A stretch of DNA of 64,000 bases from an uncultured Clostridia bacterium. GTDB taxonomy: Bacteria; Bacillota; Clostridia; TANB77; CAG-508. This document shows, in pieces, positions 37,027 to 46,496 of this stretch. The notes under the pieces are model-generated. The model was not told where the DNA came from and made no database searches. It saw nothing but the letters and a program-made list of their open reading frames with translations. Position 1 is the first letter of the stretch; the number at the start of each line of letters is the position of its first letter. A program made the translations under genes and the position numbers. The DNA is taken from positions 10,978 through 74,977 of the forward strand of contig CANQPE010000001.1 of the NCBI GenBank assembly GCA_947625645.1, written 5' to 3'.

Positions 37027-39075
37027 TTATTTTTTGACTAAAACTGCTCGAAATCCTGTATGGTAACTTCCTAGTCCTTCGTCTGCAACATAGGAAAATA
37101 GTCCATTAGATGTCCCTTTTAAATCAAAAGCGCCTCCTCGTAGTAAAAATGTTTTTCCTAATCCAAAAAATCTTGAGCTGTCTAAATACCAACTAGAATC
37201 TTCTGTTCCTTTTTTTGATGTTTCTCTAACAGCATCTCCATAAATTTTTGAATTTGCTTCATAATTTGCTTGTTGTGCATTGGCTTCTGCTTGTCCATTA
37301 CTTTCTCCTTTTGGATATATTTTTGTGTATTGTGTGCTTCCGGTTTTGACTGCACTTCCATTGTAAGTAAAACTTGCTCCATTTTTTAGTGTTTCATTTC
37401 CATTTGCCATATAAGCTGCCATAATTTCATATAAGCCTCCACTTAAGTCATACACACCATATATGGTTCCCGTACAACTTGCCCCTTCTCCGATTTGTTG
37501 ATCCCAAGTATACACTCCTTCTGATGGGTAATTTCGCTCTGTGCTATTAATGGCATCTATTGTTGTTACCAAGGTTTCTCCATCTGCTTTTCCTGTTGTA
37601 ACACCTGTTACGGCATAAACGCTATCCACTCCCTTTTTTCCTTCTTCTGAAGTTCTTTCCTTTTCTCCACTTCGTAAGTTAATGCTATTATTATAAATGG
37701 TGGTTCCATTTAATCCAAATTGACTTTGACTTAAGTATGCCACTGCACCCCATTCACTGTTTTTCATGAGATGACTGTCTGTTGTGCGTGCTGATAATCC
37801 ATAAATATTTCCTGTTTCTGTTAAGGCTTTTGAAATTGTAAATGCATCACTTGGTGTAATATAATTCATGGCATATGTTAAAGCTTGGAATGTAGGGTAT
37901 TTTATATTTGGCGCCTTTTCACCTTTGAATGTAAATGTTCCATCTGTATTTTTTACCCCATAAACGCCATCCAACCAATTTCTAGCTGCCTGATCTACTT
38001 CTCCAGTTTCTCCTACTTCTATTCCATCTAAATGACTAGAGGCTGCTGTATATCTGTAATTACTTTCTTTGGCTGAAGCTTTATTATTTCCTCCGGCATA
38101 TCCTGCTTCAAATTTTGCAACCCAAATTCCCGTTAACTCTGTGTCCCATCCACCATTGGCATAATTGATAGAAGTTTCATTTGTAAAGGCTGGATGTACA
38201 ACATAGTCTGAAGCTACTTTCATTGTCTCATTTGTTGTTTTTTGCCTTGCAGCTGTTTTTATATTTCCGTCATCATCATAGTAACGGTCTGATGTTCCAA
38301 TCAAAAACTTAACTTTAATGCTTCCTCCGTTGGTAGTTGTATTGGCACCATAAGTTGGTTCTGATTCAAATTTATAGGCAAACCTTGGAATCCATACCCA
38401 CATACTGCCATCTTCGGTTTGTGCATTTGCCCACTTCTGATTTTCATACGAATACCACTTGCTTTCATCAAATCCTTCTGTTCCTTCTTTGATGATTTCT
38501 CCTTTTTCTGTGTTGGTTGGATCTTTATACATAATTTTTTGCATACCAGTTAGTAGTTCTGGTGGATTTGCTACATTCACACCTGAAAAGTCTTTTGCAA
38601 CCTGATAATTGGTAAATTGTCTTTTGGTTTGTCCATTTTCTTTCATTTGAATTCCTTGCACATAAAATACATTATGTGTTTGCTCATTTACAATATATAA
38701 ATCTCCATATTGATCGGCTACAACCGTACTTGTCCCTTTTACTTTTTCGTAATCTTTTCCATAATGTAGACTTAACCCTTGCATGGCCTGTAAATCAATC
38801 ACATAAAATTTACTAGACAATTCTACGGTATTTAAAACTTCTGCTAATCCTCCGACATTAGTATATTCTATATTTCCTGGAACTTCTCCATATTCGTTAT
38901 AAAATTCTGCTACTTTTTGCGTTAGATTATCAATGTCACTACGTAAATATAATATTTTTTGTAACTCTAAATTGCTTTTTAAATTGATAGAAATAGAAAA
39001 TGATACAATTAATATTACTATGATGGTAACAACTAATGAAATCAGTGTAATTCCCGCTTCTTTCTTTGGTTTCAC
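37027..39075 (-). CDS. Membrane-anchored protein with a pilin-like N-terminus and an FGE/SUMF1-like C-terminal domain (paralogue 3)
   Basis: MKPKKEAGITLISLVVTIIVILIVS. The central and C-terminal regions are homologous to 30544..32268. C-terminus: LRGGAFD..TGFRAVLVKK. Confidence 0.55.
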   Translation of the reverse strand: MKPKKEAGITLISLVVTIIVILIVSFSISINLKSNLELQKILYLRSDIDNLTQKVAEFYNEYGEVPGNIEYTNVGGLAEVLNTVELSSKFYVIDLQAMQGLSLHYGKDYEKVKGTSTVVADQYGDLYIVNEQTHNVFYVQGIQMKENGQTKRQFTNYQVAKDFSGVNVANPPELLTGMQKIMYKDPTNTEKGEIIKEGTEGFDESKWYSYENQKWANAQTEDGSMWVWIPRFAYKFESEPTYGANTTTNGGSIKVKFLIGTSDRYYDDDGNIKTAARQKTTNETMKVASDYVVHPAFTNETSINYANGGWDTELTGIWVAKFEAGYAGGNNKASAKESNYRYTAASSHLDGIEVGETGEVDQAARNWLDGVYGVKNTDGTFTFKGEKAPNIKYPTFQALTYAMNYITPSDAFTISKALTETGNIYGLSARTTDSHLMKNSEWGAVAYLSQSQFGLNGTTIYNNSINLRSGEKERTSEEGKKGVDSVYAVTGVTTGKADGETLVTTIDAINSTERNYPSEGVYTWDQQIGEGASCTGTIYGVYDLSGGLYEIMAAYMANGNETLKNGASFTYNGSAVKTGSTQYTKIYPKGESNGQAEANAQQANYEANSKIYGDAVRETSKKGTEDSSWYLDSSRFFGLGKTFLLRGGAFDLKGTSNGLFSYVADEGLGSYHTGFRAVLVKK

Positions 39076-39195
39076 TTTACTATCATCCTTTCTATGTACA
39101 AATTTACTTGAAAAATAAAATTGTTTTTCAACTTTCGCACACTTTTTCTTAAGTTTTGTTTCTATATTATAGTTTACTATTTTTCGATTTTTTTT

Positions 39196-39846
39196 TCAAT
39201 AGTTTTTGTCAAGAATTTGATAGATTTTTTCTTTCTGTTTTGTTACTTGACTTTCACGTAGTACTAAAATCCATATGTATATCATAATTAAAATAATAGC
39301 AATATTATAATTGTAGCATAAACTAAAAATTGCTAAAACACTAACTATGCCAGTTGTAGTGATTGAAATCACATTCATATTTTTATTTGCCTTTCGTTTT
39401 CCTTTTTGAATACAAAGCATTGCTTTCACAATTCTTCCCCCATCTAATGGATAAATGGGGAGCATATTAAATAAGAAAATAAAACTATTCGTATAAACAA
39501 TCATTAGTTGTTTCATAACGTCTATTGGCATATGGCAAGCGATAACTATTATTAGTAAATTGGTAAGTGGTCCAGCTAGGGCCACTAATATTTTTTTGCC
39601 TTCTAATCGATTGGCTTTTCCTATTTTTTGATTCATATCTTGTGTGGATATTTGAAATGTAACTGTTATGCCTACCGGAATAATCTCTAATTTTTCTGGC
39701 TTCATTTTTAATAGTATTCCTGCTAATAAATGTCCTAATTCATGTAGCAACGCAAACAGCATCATTAGCATATAAATCTGTATTTGGTTTGTCAATAAGA
39801 ATATCATAACAAGTAAAAATATTTTTAAGTCAATTCGGAATCTCAT
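39196..39846 (-). CDS. M50 site-2 metalloprotease (SpoIVFB-like)
   Basis: 216 aa, multi-TM. HELGHLLAG (HExxH) and LPIYPLDGGR motifs. Confidence 0.75.
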   Translation of the reverse strand: MRFRIDLKIFLLVMIFLLTNQIQIYMLMMLFALLHELGHLLAGILLKMKPEKLEIIPVGITVTFQISTQDMNQKIGKANRLEGKKILVALAGPLTNLLIIVIACHMPIDVMKQLMIVYTNSFIFLFNMLPIYPLDGGRIVKAMLCIQKGKRKANKNMNVISITTTGIVSVLAIFSLCYNYNIAIILIMIYIWILVLRESQVTKQKEKIYQILDKNY

Positions 39847-39920
39847 ATTTTTTGTTCCTTTCTAATCAAAATCTGGTTGAAAAAGATTTCATATAGCCAA
39901 AATTACTTTTTACCTTTTTC

Positions 39921-40847
39921 TTATAATTCTAAAATTTTTTGTGCATTTACCGTTCTTTCCTGAAAACGAATTTCAAAGTGTAAATGTGGTCCCGTAGAAT
40001 TTCCTGTAGAACCCACTTCTGCTATTTCTTGTCCTTGCGTAATATGGTCCCCTTGTTTGACATATAAATTGTTGCAATGCGCATAAATAATACTAACTTC
40101 TCCAATTTGGATTTTCAAATGTTTCCCATAGTCACCTTCTTCAGAAGCTAATACCACTTCTCCATCTGTGCTTGCATGAATTTTAGTTCCTAAATTAGCT
40201 GCTATGTCTGTGCCTGTATGATTTTTAGGTACTGTTCCTGTTGCCGTTTCACGATAGCCAAAGGGAGATGTAATTGTTCCTTCAATTGGTTTCATAAATG
40301 TTGTTGTATTTTTTACATTTTGGATATCTTGTTCTTCTTGACTTAATGCTGGTTGTTCTGTTTCCTTATTTTCTGCTCCCCCAATGGCTCCTTGGTCTGT
40401 TGCTTGTATTGGTTCTTGTTCTGGTTGTTCTTGCGATGTATTTTCTTGGTTTTCTGTGTCTTGCGTAGTTTGTTGTTCTATTGTTTCTTCTGAATCCGTC
40501 TCTTCTGGAATCGTTCCTTGAAGATTTTGCTGAAATGTCATAACTGCATTTTTTATGGACTCATAAATCTCTATAAAATTGGTATCATATGCCAAAACTT
40601 CTCTTGCTTGGTTCACCAATTCCTTTGAAAAAAAAGTTTCACTATTTTGCACCGTATATACCACAATATAAATGCAAATACATACTATAATTTGCATGAT
40701 CATCTTTTTTAATAATTTTACATCTTTTTTCGTATCATTGACTGGTACTTTTTGTGTTCTATTTTGTGTACCATTCAAACTTTTTCTTTTTAAATAAATC
40801 TCCTCAGCTCGTCTTATTTTTTCTTCAACTGACATTACTCTTTCCAT
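39921..40847 (-). CDS. M23 (LytM-type) metallopeptidase with a TM anchor and an acidic linker
   Basis: HTGTDIAA (HxxxD) and GPHLHFEI (HxH) are intact. The position relative to the M50 gene resembles spoIVFA-spoIVFB. Confidence 0.8.
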   Translation of the reverse strand: MERVMSVEEKIRRAEEIYLKRKSLNGTQNRTQKVPVNDTKKDVKLLKKMIMQIIVCICIYIVVYTVQNSETFFSKELVNQAREVLAYDTNFIEIYESIKNAVMTFQQNLQGTIPEETDSEETIEQQTTQDTENQENTSQEQPEQEPIQATDQGAIGGAENKETEQPALSQEEQDIQNVKNTTTFMKPIEGTITSPFGYRETATGTVPKNHTGTDIAANLGTKIHASTDGEVVLASEEGDYGKHLKIQIGEVSIIYAHCNNLYVKQGDHITQGQEIAEVGSTGNSTGPHLHFEIRFQERTVNAQKILEL

Positions 40848-40920
40848 ACAAAAAACACCTCTTCCTTAGTTACATCATGTCCTTTTTTTAATCGTATTCA
40901 GTCCGAAGTGTTTTTATGAT

Positions 40921-41292
40921 TTATTTCATCAATATTAGTAACATTTCTATCAAACACATAAGAGATGTCATCCATAAATATTTTTTCATTTTATGATATT
41001 TTTGGTTCATTTTTTTATTTAAAATTTCTTTCTTTTTATTGTTTTCTATATTGGTCATGTAATGATGAATAATCATTTCTGCTTCCTTAATAATATAGTC
41101 TTTTGATTTTCCATTTTCTTTTGTTACATTCTTCTTTGTATTTTTGTTGGCTTCATTTTCAATGTAATTTTGCATTTCTGTTTCTTTTAACTTAACATTT
41201 TTCTTTAACACAACCATGGCTTCTTCTATAATATTAGATGGTACGTTTTTTAGAACCACCATATTTTTTAGATGTCCTGTTTCCATTTGCAA
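40921..41292 (-). CDS. Hypothetical Lys-rich, C-terminally anchored protein (123 aa)
   Basis: Open frame with a terminal hydrophobic segment, YLWMTSLMCLIEMLLILM. No family recognised. Confidence 0.35.
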   Translation of the reverse strand: MQMETGHLKNMVVLKNVPSNIIEEAMVVLKKNVKLKETEMQNYIENEANKNTKKNVTKENGKSKDYIIKEAEMIIHHYMTNIENNKKKEILNKKMNQKYHKMKKYLWMTSLMCLIEMLLILMK

Positions 41293-41357
41293 TTCCTCCT
41301 CATACTAAAAACTATGTAAGTATTTTCAGTATTTCCATATTTTTCAAGTTTATACAT

Positions 41358-41612
41358 TTACTTAACTTTTTTACTTGGTGTAATGACAATATGAAACGCA
41401 TTATCATATTGATATTGATGAACTAGCTTTTCGGAAAAACTTGCTAATTCACTTGGAATAAAAATGGTGGTATAATGATGTTCTTTTAATTCCTCAATTT
41501 TATGATCTACTTCTTCTGGATGCTCAATTTCAAAAACATCCATTCCTAACCCCTTTGGTAATTTATAAGTTTCTTGGTCTTTTATATATTTTAAAAAAGA
41601 AATTTTCATCAT
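41358..41612 (-). CDS. V-type ATPase subunit F-like (ATP-synt_F fold) small protein, stand-alone
   Basis: 84 aa. The pattern GLGMDVF..EEVDHKIEEL..YTTIFIPSELA..IVITPS parallels V-ATPase F subunits. No other V-ATPase genes are nearby. Confidence 0.4.
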   Translation of the reverse strand: MMKISFLKYIKDQETYKLPKGLGMDVFEIEHPEEVDHKIEELKEHHYTTIFIPSELASFSEKLVHQYQYDNAFHIVITPSKKVK

Positions 41613-41763
41613 GTTTCTCCTCCTTCTTTGTTATATAATTTACCAATTTTCTTATTTTATGTGTTAATGGCCTTTTTTTATCCCAAATGGGATAAAAAAT
41701 TTCATGATTTTCTTGCTTTCAATTTTCCTATCTTGTATAATAATATCGAAAGGGGGTTTTTTT

Positions 41764-44547
41764 GTGAAAAAATTAAAAATTTCACTAATAACATTACTAC
41801 TTATGTTTGCACTCATTTTTTTGTCTCATGCAAAAGTTCAAGCCACTAGTGCATATGACAATACCACATTTAACGCTGACTACTATCTAAATACCTATAG
41901 CGATTTAAAAGCTGCTTTTGGGAACAATGCCAAAGCTGCCTATGACCATTACATGTCATGCGGAATTAGAGAAGGGAGAAGAGGCTGTATATCCTTTGAT
42001 ATACAATATTATCTAAACAGTCATCCAGATTTACTAAAAACCTTCGGTGCTGGTAACTATTTAGCTGCTTATCAACATTTCCTTACATTTGGAATCAAAG
42101 AAGGCAGGTCTACTAGCCCATACTTTGATGTCAAATATTATCTCAGCCACTACTCTGATTTAAAAAAAGCGTTTGGCTCAGACTATGCAGCAGCACATCG
42201 TCACTTTAGTATTTTTGGTATCAAAGAAGGTAGACGTGCTAGTGCTTATTTTGATGTATCTTATTACATCAATCATTATTCAGATTTAAAAAAGGCTTTT
42301 CAGACAAACTATGCATCTGCTTTTCGTCATTATGTAACAAATGGTATGAGAGAAGGCAGAAATCCATGCCAAGAAATTCAAATCCAATGTTATTTGAATT
42401 CTTATTCTGATTTACAAAAAGCATTTGGAAAAAATTATGAAAAAGTTGCAGAACATTGCTATATTTTTGGTCTAAGAGAAAAACGTTCTACGAGCCATCG
42501 TTACACCAAAACAACAAAAGCTGCAACTTGCACTACAGCAGGAAAATATACATATACTTGCAAATGTGGCGATTCTTATGAACAAACCATTCCTGCAACG
42601 GGTCATCAATTTGTTGATATGCCAGCAAAAGCTGCAACTTGTAAAGAACCTGGTTATTCTGCATATAAAAAATGTACAAAATGTGGTTATATACAAAATA
42701 AAACAAATATACCAGTTCAATCCAATAACCATTCTTGGAATAAAGGTGTCGTTACGGCTCCTGTTCATACCACTTCTACTTTAACAGATGGTTACACCAC
42801 TTATACTTGTACGCTTTGCGGAAAAACAAAAAAAGAAAATATTCAAAAGGCAGAACATACTTTAAAAGTTTCTACTTCAGTAGCACCAACGCATGAAAGC
42901 ACTGGATATACTTTATATTCTTGCTCATACCCTGGTTGCCAATACACTGAAAAAAGAAATGAAACAAAAAAATTACATCAAGATGCTATAGAAGATTGTC
43001 GCGTGGAACCTACTTGTACAACGGATGGGTACACTGGAAAAAAATGTACCATTTGTCAAGAAGTGTTTGCAAAAGTAACCATTCCTTTGACTGGACACCA
43101 CTTAATAGATGTCCCTGCCAAAGATGCAACTTGTAAAGACCCTGGTTATTCTGCTCACAAAAAATGCACCAAATGTGATTATACGCAAGATAAAACCACC
43201 ATCCCACCTCATTCAAATCATTCTTGGGATAGCGGGGTTGTAACACCTCCTGTCCATACAACAGATACGTTAACAGATGGGTATACCACTTATACTTGCA
43301 CTGTTTGTCAAACTACCAAAAAGGAACCAGGTGAAAAAGCAGAACATACTTTAAAATATTATACAACCGTAGGTTCTACACACGAAACGGCTGGATATGT
43401 CGTAAACGTTTGTACGTATGATGGTTGCCAATATGAAACCAGAACTCCAATTGCCAAATTACATGAAGGTTCTGTTATAGTAACCCAAACCGTTGCTTCC
43501 ACCTGCCAAACAAAAGGATACATTGACAGACAATGTTCTAAATGTGGCTATCAATTAAAAAGAGAATATACACCACTTAGTGGACATCAACTGGTTGAGG
43601 TAGAAAAATTGGAACCAACTTGCACAACAGACGGACATCAAGCTGGAAAGAAATGTTCTACACCAAACTGTAAGTACCAAGAAGGCATGGAAAAAATAGC
43701 CAAAACTGGTCATTCTCTTTCTCAAGATCCTATAGAAAGTGTAGAATCTGTGCACCAAAAAGGTCTTCCATTCGTGGAAGGATATAAAATTTACAAATGT
43801 ACAAACGCAAATTGCCCAGAACCAGAAGCAAAAGTAAAAGTTATGAATCAAGATATTGTTCATGAGAGTCGCTATGTCGTACACCCTGCTGTTCATACGG
43901 CTACAAAACTTGAATGTGCCTATAATGCTTTAGAATGTAGCATTTGTGGACGTATTTCAAGGAAAATACCTATTGAAACAGAAGCTAACCATAAAGTCAT
44001 TCAAGTTGAAAGTCAAGAAGCTACTTGTGGAACTTCTGGACATGGTGCTGGTACAAGGTGTATTTCTGAAGATTGTGCATTTAATACACAAGGTGGCGGT
44101 GCAACAGCTTATAATACTTCTGCTCCTACTGGACATCATACATTTGAATACAGAAATTTAACAACAAATGAAAAAGTAGCAAATGACCAAAATGCTGTAC
44201 AAATAAATGTATGTAAAACTTGTGGAACGCAATCAGAAGATAAGCCATATTTAACATTAGCTGAAGTTTTTGAAACCTCTGATGTTGTGGTCATTTATGG
44301 AGATTTTTATGCTCGTAATATGACCATTCCAGTCGGAAAAACGTTGATTGTCTATGGTTCATTTGTGCTATATCAAGGCAATGTCAACAATGGAAACTTG
44401 TACTATAAAAATTTGATGAAAAGTAATATTGCTTCTATTACAAAAGATGGAACTCTTATTTCTGAAAGTAATGAAGCTAGCGTCAAAGATATAATTGAAA
44501 AAGCACAATCTCTCAGAGAATTTGAAAAGCCAGTTGACACACCTTAA
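41764..44547 (+). CDS. Secreted repeat protein: five ~40-aa YYLN..SDLK..FG..HY...G..EGR repeats followed by many Cys-rich C..G.....C..C modules
   Basis: GTG 41764 follows AAAGGGGG. Signal peptide VKKLKISLITLLLMFALIFLSHAKVQA. There is a large internal duplication (ATGHQFVDMPAKAATCKEPGYSAYKKCTKCGY.. versus LTGHHLIDVPAKDATCKDPGYSAHKKCTKCDY..). Confidence 0.7.
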   Translation: MKKLKISLITLLLMFALIFLSHAKVQATSAYDNTTFNADYYLNTYSDLKAAFGNNAKAAYDHYMSCGIREGRRGCISFDIQYYLNSHPDLLKTFGAGNYLAAYQHFLTFGIKEGRSTSPYFDVKYYLSHYSDLKKAFGSDYAAAHRHFSIFGIKEGRRASAYFDVSYYINHYSDLKKAFQTNYASAFRHYVTNGMREGRNPCQEIQIQCYLNSYSDLQKAFGKNYEKVAEHCYIFGLREKRSTSHRYTKTTKAATCTTAGKYTYTCKCGDSYEQTIPATGHQFVDMPAKAATCKEPGYSAYKKCTKCGYIQNKTNIPVQSNNHSWNKGVVTAPVHTTSTLTDGYTTYTCTLCGKTKKENIQKAEHTLKVSTSVAPTHESTGYTLYSCSYPGCQYTEKRNETKKLHQDAIEDCRVEPTCTTDGYTGKKCTICQEVFAKVTIPLTGHHLIDVPAKDATCKDPGYSAHKKCTKCDYTQDKTTIPPHSNHSWDSGVVTPPVHTTDTLTDGYTTYTCTVCQTTKKEPGEKAEHTLKYYTTVGSTHETAGYVVNVCTYDGCQYETRTPIAKLHEGSVIVTQTVASTCQTKGYIDRQCSKCGYQLKREYTPLSGHQLVEVEKLEPTCTTDGHQAGKKCSTPNCKYQEGMEKIAKTGHSLSQDPIESVESVHQKGLPFVEGYKIYKCTNANCPEPEAKVKVMNQDIVHESRYVVHPAVHTATKLECAYNALECSICGRISRKIPIETEANHKVIQVESQEATCGTSGHGAGTRCISEDCAFNTQGGGATAYNTSAPTGHHTFEYRNLTTNEKVANDQNAVQINVCKTCGTQSEDKPYLTLAEVFETSDVVVIYGDFYARNMTIPVGKTLIVYGSFVLYQGNVNNGNLYYKNLMKSNIASITKDGTLISESNEASVKDIIEKAQSLREFEKPVDTP
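41866..42495 (+). repeat. Five tandem ~40-codon coding repeats within the surface protein
   Basis: FNADYYLNTYSDLKAAFG.., FDIQYYLNSHPDLLKTFG.., FDVKYYLSHYSDLKKAFG.., FDVSYYINHYSDLKKAFQ.., IQIQCYLNSYSDLQKAFG... Confidence 0.8.
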
Positions 44548-44556
44548 GGTTCACGT

Positions 44557-44589
44557 AAAAAAACCAGAGTTTATATACTCTGGTTTTTT
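44557..44589. terminator. Bidirectional rho-independent terminator
   Basis: aaaaaaaccagagt-ttatat-actctggtttttt. An A-run and a T-run flank the 9-bp core stem. Confidence 0.7.
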
Positions 44590-44621
44590 GATTTTATGAA
44601 AAAACAATGGCTAACTAAGTT

Positions 44622-44915
44622 TTATTCAGATTGATATACTAATATTTCTTCTAATTCTTCATCTTCTAATAAAGAACCTTTTATGCTACCAGTTGTAACA
44701 ATGTCTACCTCTTTTTTTAAAACTTCTTCCAATGCAAACTTTACTTCTACAATTTTAAAACCTTCTGCAACATCTTCAGTTCTAACTAAAATATCAATGT
44801 CACTATCTTTTTTTTGTTTTTTCTTAGCATATGAGCCAAATACCCATACATACATAAGATTATATTTTTGTGCAACTGGTTTAATTTTCTCGCTTATTTT
44901 TTCTAATTCTGACAT
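44622..44915 (-). CDS. mntA: Minimal nucleotidyltransferase, MntA-type antitoxin
   Basis: MSELEK.. start at 44915, 9 nt after the hepT stop. FGSYAKKKQKKDSDIDILV is a GS..DxD NTase motif. Confidence 0.75.
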   Translation of the reverse strand: MSELEKISEKIKPVAQKYNLMYVWVFGSYAKKKQKKDSDIDILVRTEDVAEGFKIVEVKFALEEVLKKEVDIVTTGSIKGSLLEDEELEEILVYQSE

Positions 44916-44926
44916 AAATTTTACCT

Positions 44927-45268
44927 CTATTTTAATATTTTTACGCAAAATTTTTTCAATCTTCCTATTTCTGTATCCACTACATTCCATAAGATTACTT
45001 TATCTATTGTTTCATAGTTATGCACTATAATATCTCTCATTCCAGAAATATTTTTCCATGGAATCTCATTGTTTTCTTGTCTAAATTCTAATGGTAATCT
45101 TTTTACTAATTCTCCAATTTGAGTAACTGGAGTAAGTATTGCATTTTGATATATATTATTTTGTTCAAATTCTTTATATTCCATACCAAAATGCTTTTTT
45201 GTTTCTTCTATTATATTACAATGTTTTATGACAGCTAATATAATTTTTTTAGTTCTTTCATCTATCAT
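44927..45268 (-). CDS. hepT: HepT-like (DUF86) RNase toxin
   Basis: 113 aa. GMRDIIVHNY matches the Rx4HxY catalytic motif. Confidence 0.75.
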   Translation of the reverse strand: MIDERTKKIILAVIKHCNIIEETKKHFGMEYKEFEQNNIYQNAILTPVTQIGELVKRLPLEFRQENNEIPWKNISGMRDIIVHNYETIDKVILWNVVDTEIGRLKKFCVKILK

Positions 45269-45284
45269 TCATCCATCCTTCTTC

Positions 45285-46229
45285 CTATTTTGCATCGTCT
45301 TCTTTTTTTAATTTGTTTTTCCATTTGGCAAATCTGTCTTTTGTAGGTTTTTCATCCATGGCAAATCTTTTGGTAACAATGTTGCTAATTAATATTTTCT
45401 TTAAAACATCTTCTCTTACATCCATAATTAAGGTTCCATCTTTGGCAACCGATATTTTTCCTGTTTCTTCAGAGACGACAACTGCAATGGCATCTGATTC
45501 TTTAGAAATGCCAATTGCTGCTCTATGCCTTGTGCCTAAACTTTTAGCAATATCTGTATCATCTGCTAATGGTAATACACAAGCAGCCGCTGCTATTTTA
45601 TTATTGCTCACTACTACTGCTCCATCATGTAAAGGTGTTTTGGGTACAAATATATTGACTAATAATTGTGGTGAAACTTCTGCTCCTAATGGTATCCCTG
45701 TTGCAATGACATCTTGTATATTGATATCTCTTTCAATCACAATTAATGCACCGGTTTTGTTTTTAGATAATTCTTGTGCTGCAATGACAATTTTATAAAT
45801 ATCTTCTTTCGTTCTAGTTGCTATATCTTTATTAATTCCAAAAAATTTTGTGTATTTGCTTGTTCCTAATTGTTCTAACGCTCTTCGTAATTCTGGCTGA
45901 AAAATAACAATAATTGCAATTAGCCCTATATTCATAATCGCTGTTAAAATCGCATTCAGAATTCTTAGGTTCAATAAACTACTTACCCACGTTGCCACTA
46001 AAAGCAATACAATTCCTTTTATTAATTGTCCTGCTCTAGAGCCTTTTACCACTTTAAAAAAGGAATACAACAAAAAAATTACGATCGTTAAATCAATAAT
46101 TAGTGTTACCAACTCTAAAGGATTATCTTTTAAACTATGAAAATATCCTAAAATATTTTCTGTATAAAAGGTCTCCCAACTGGTTGTTCTTGTAGGTGTG
46201 ATGGAATCTACTGTTCCCAAGTTTCCCAT
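45285..46229 (-). CDS. cdaA: Diadenylate cyclase CdaA (3 TM + DAC domain)
   Basis: GALIVIERD, PLHDGAVVV, TRHRAAIGISKESDAIAVVVSEETG. AGAGGAGG RBS before ATG 46229. Confidence 0.9.
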   Translation of the reverse strand: MGNLGTVDSITPTRTTSWETFYTENILGYFHSLKDNPLELVTLIIDLTIVIFLLYSFFKVVKGSRAGQLIKGIVLLLVATWVSSLLNLRILNAILTAIMNIGLIAIIVIFQPELRRALEQLGTSKYTKFFGINKDIATRTKEDIYKIVIAAQELSKNKTGALIVIERDINIQDVIATGIPLGAEVSPQLLVNIFVPKTPLHDGAVVVSNNKIAAAACVLPLADDTDIAKSLGTRHRAAIGISKESDAIAVVVSEETGKISVAKDGTLIMDVREDVLKKILISNIVTKRFAMDEKPTKDRFAKWKNKLKKEDDAK

Positions 46230-46265
46230 ATTCAAACCTCCTCTTTTTAACACGAATTGTACTGC

Positions 46266-46400
46266 CTATATTAGAGCATAAATTAATGTTGCACACGTTC
46301 CCGCAAGCATTAACAAAATCAACATAGCTGCCATAATTTTACCAAATATTCTACCTGCATTAAATTCTCTATGTTTTTTATTCTCTTCGTTCTTTTTCAT
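46266..46400 (-). CDS. Small membrane protein, 44 aa (below the ORF-track cutoff), immediately upstream of cdaA
   Basis: Hand translation: MKKNEENKKHREFNAGRIFGKIMAAMLILLMLAGTCATLIYALI*. AAGGAGG lies 8 nt upstream. Confidence 0.45.
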   Translation of the reverse strand: MKKNEENKKHREFNAGRIFGKIMAAMLILLMLAGTCATLIYALI

Positions 46401-46496
46401 GAAAATTCCTCCTTATTTTTTCTATTCAATAAAAATCGTATTGTTCTTACATGCATTATTATTATAACATTCTTTGTCTTCAATTTCAAGTGTTTT

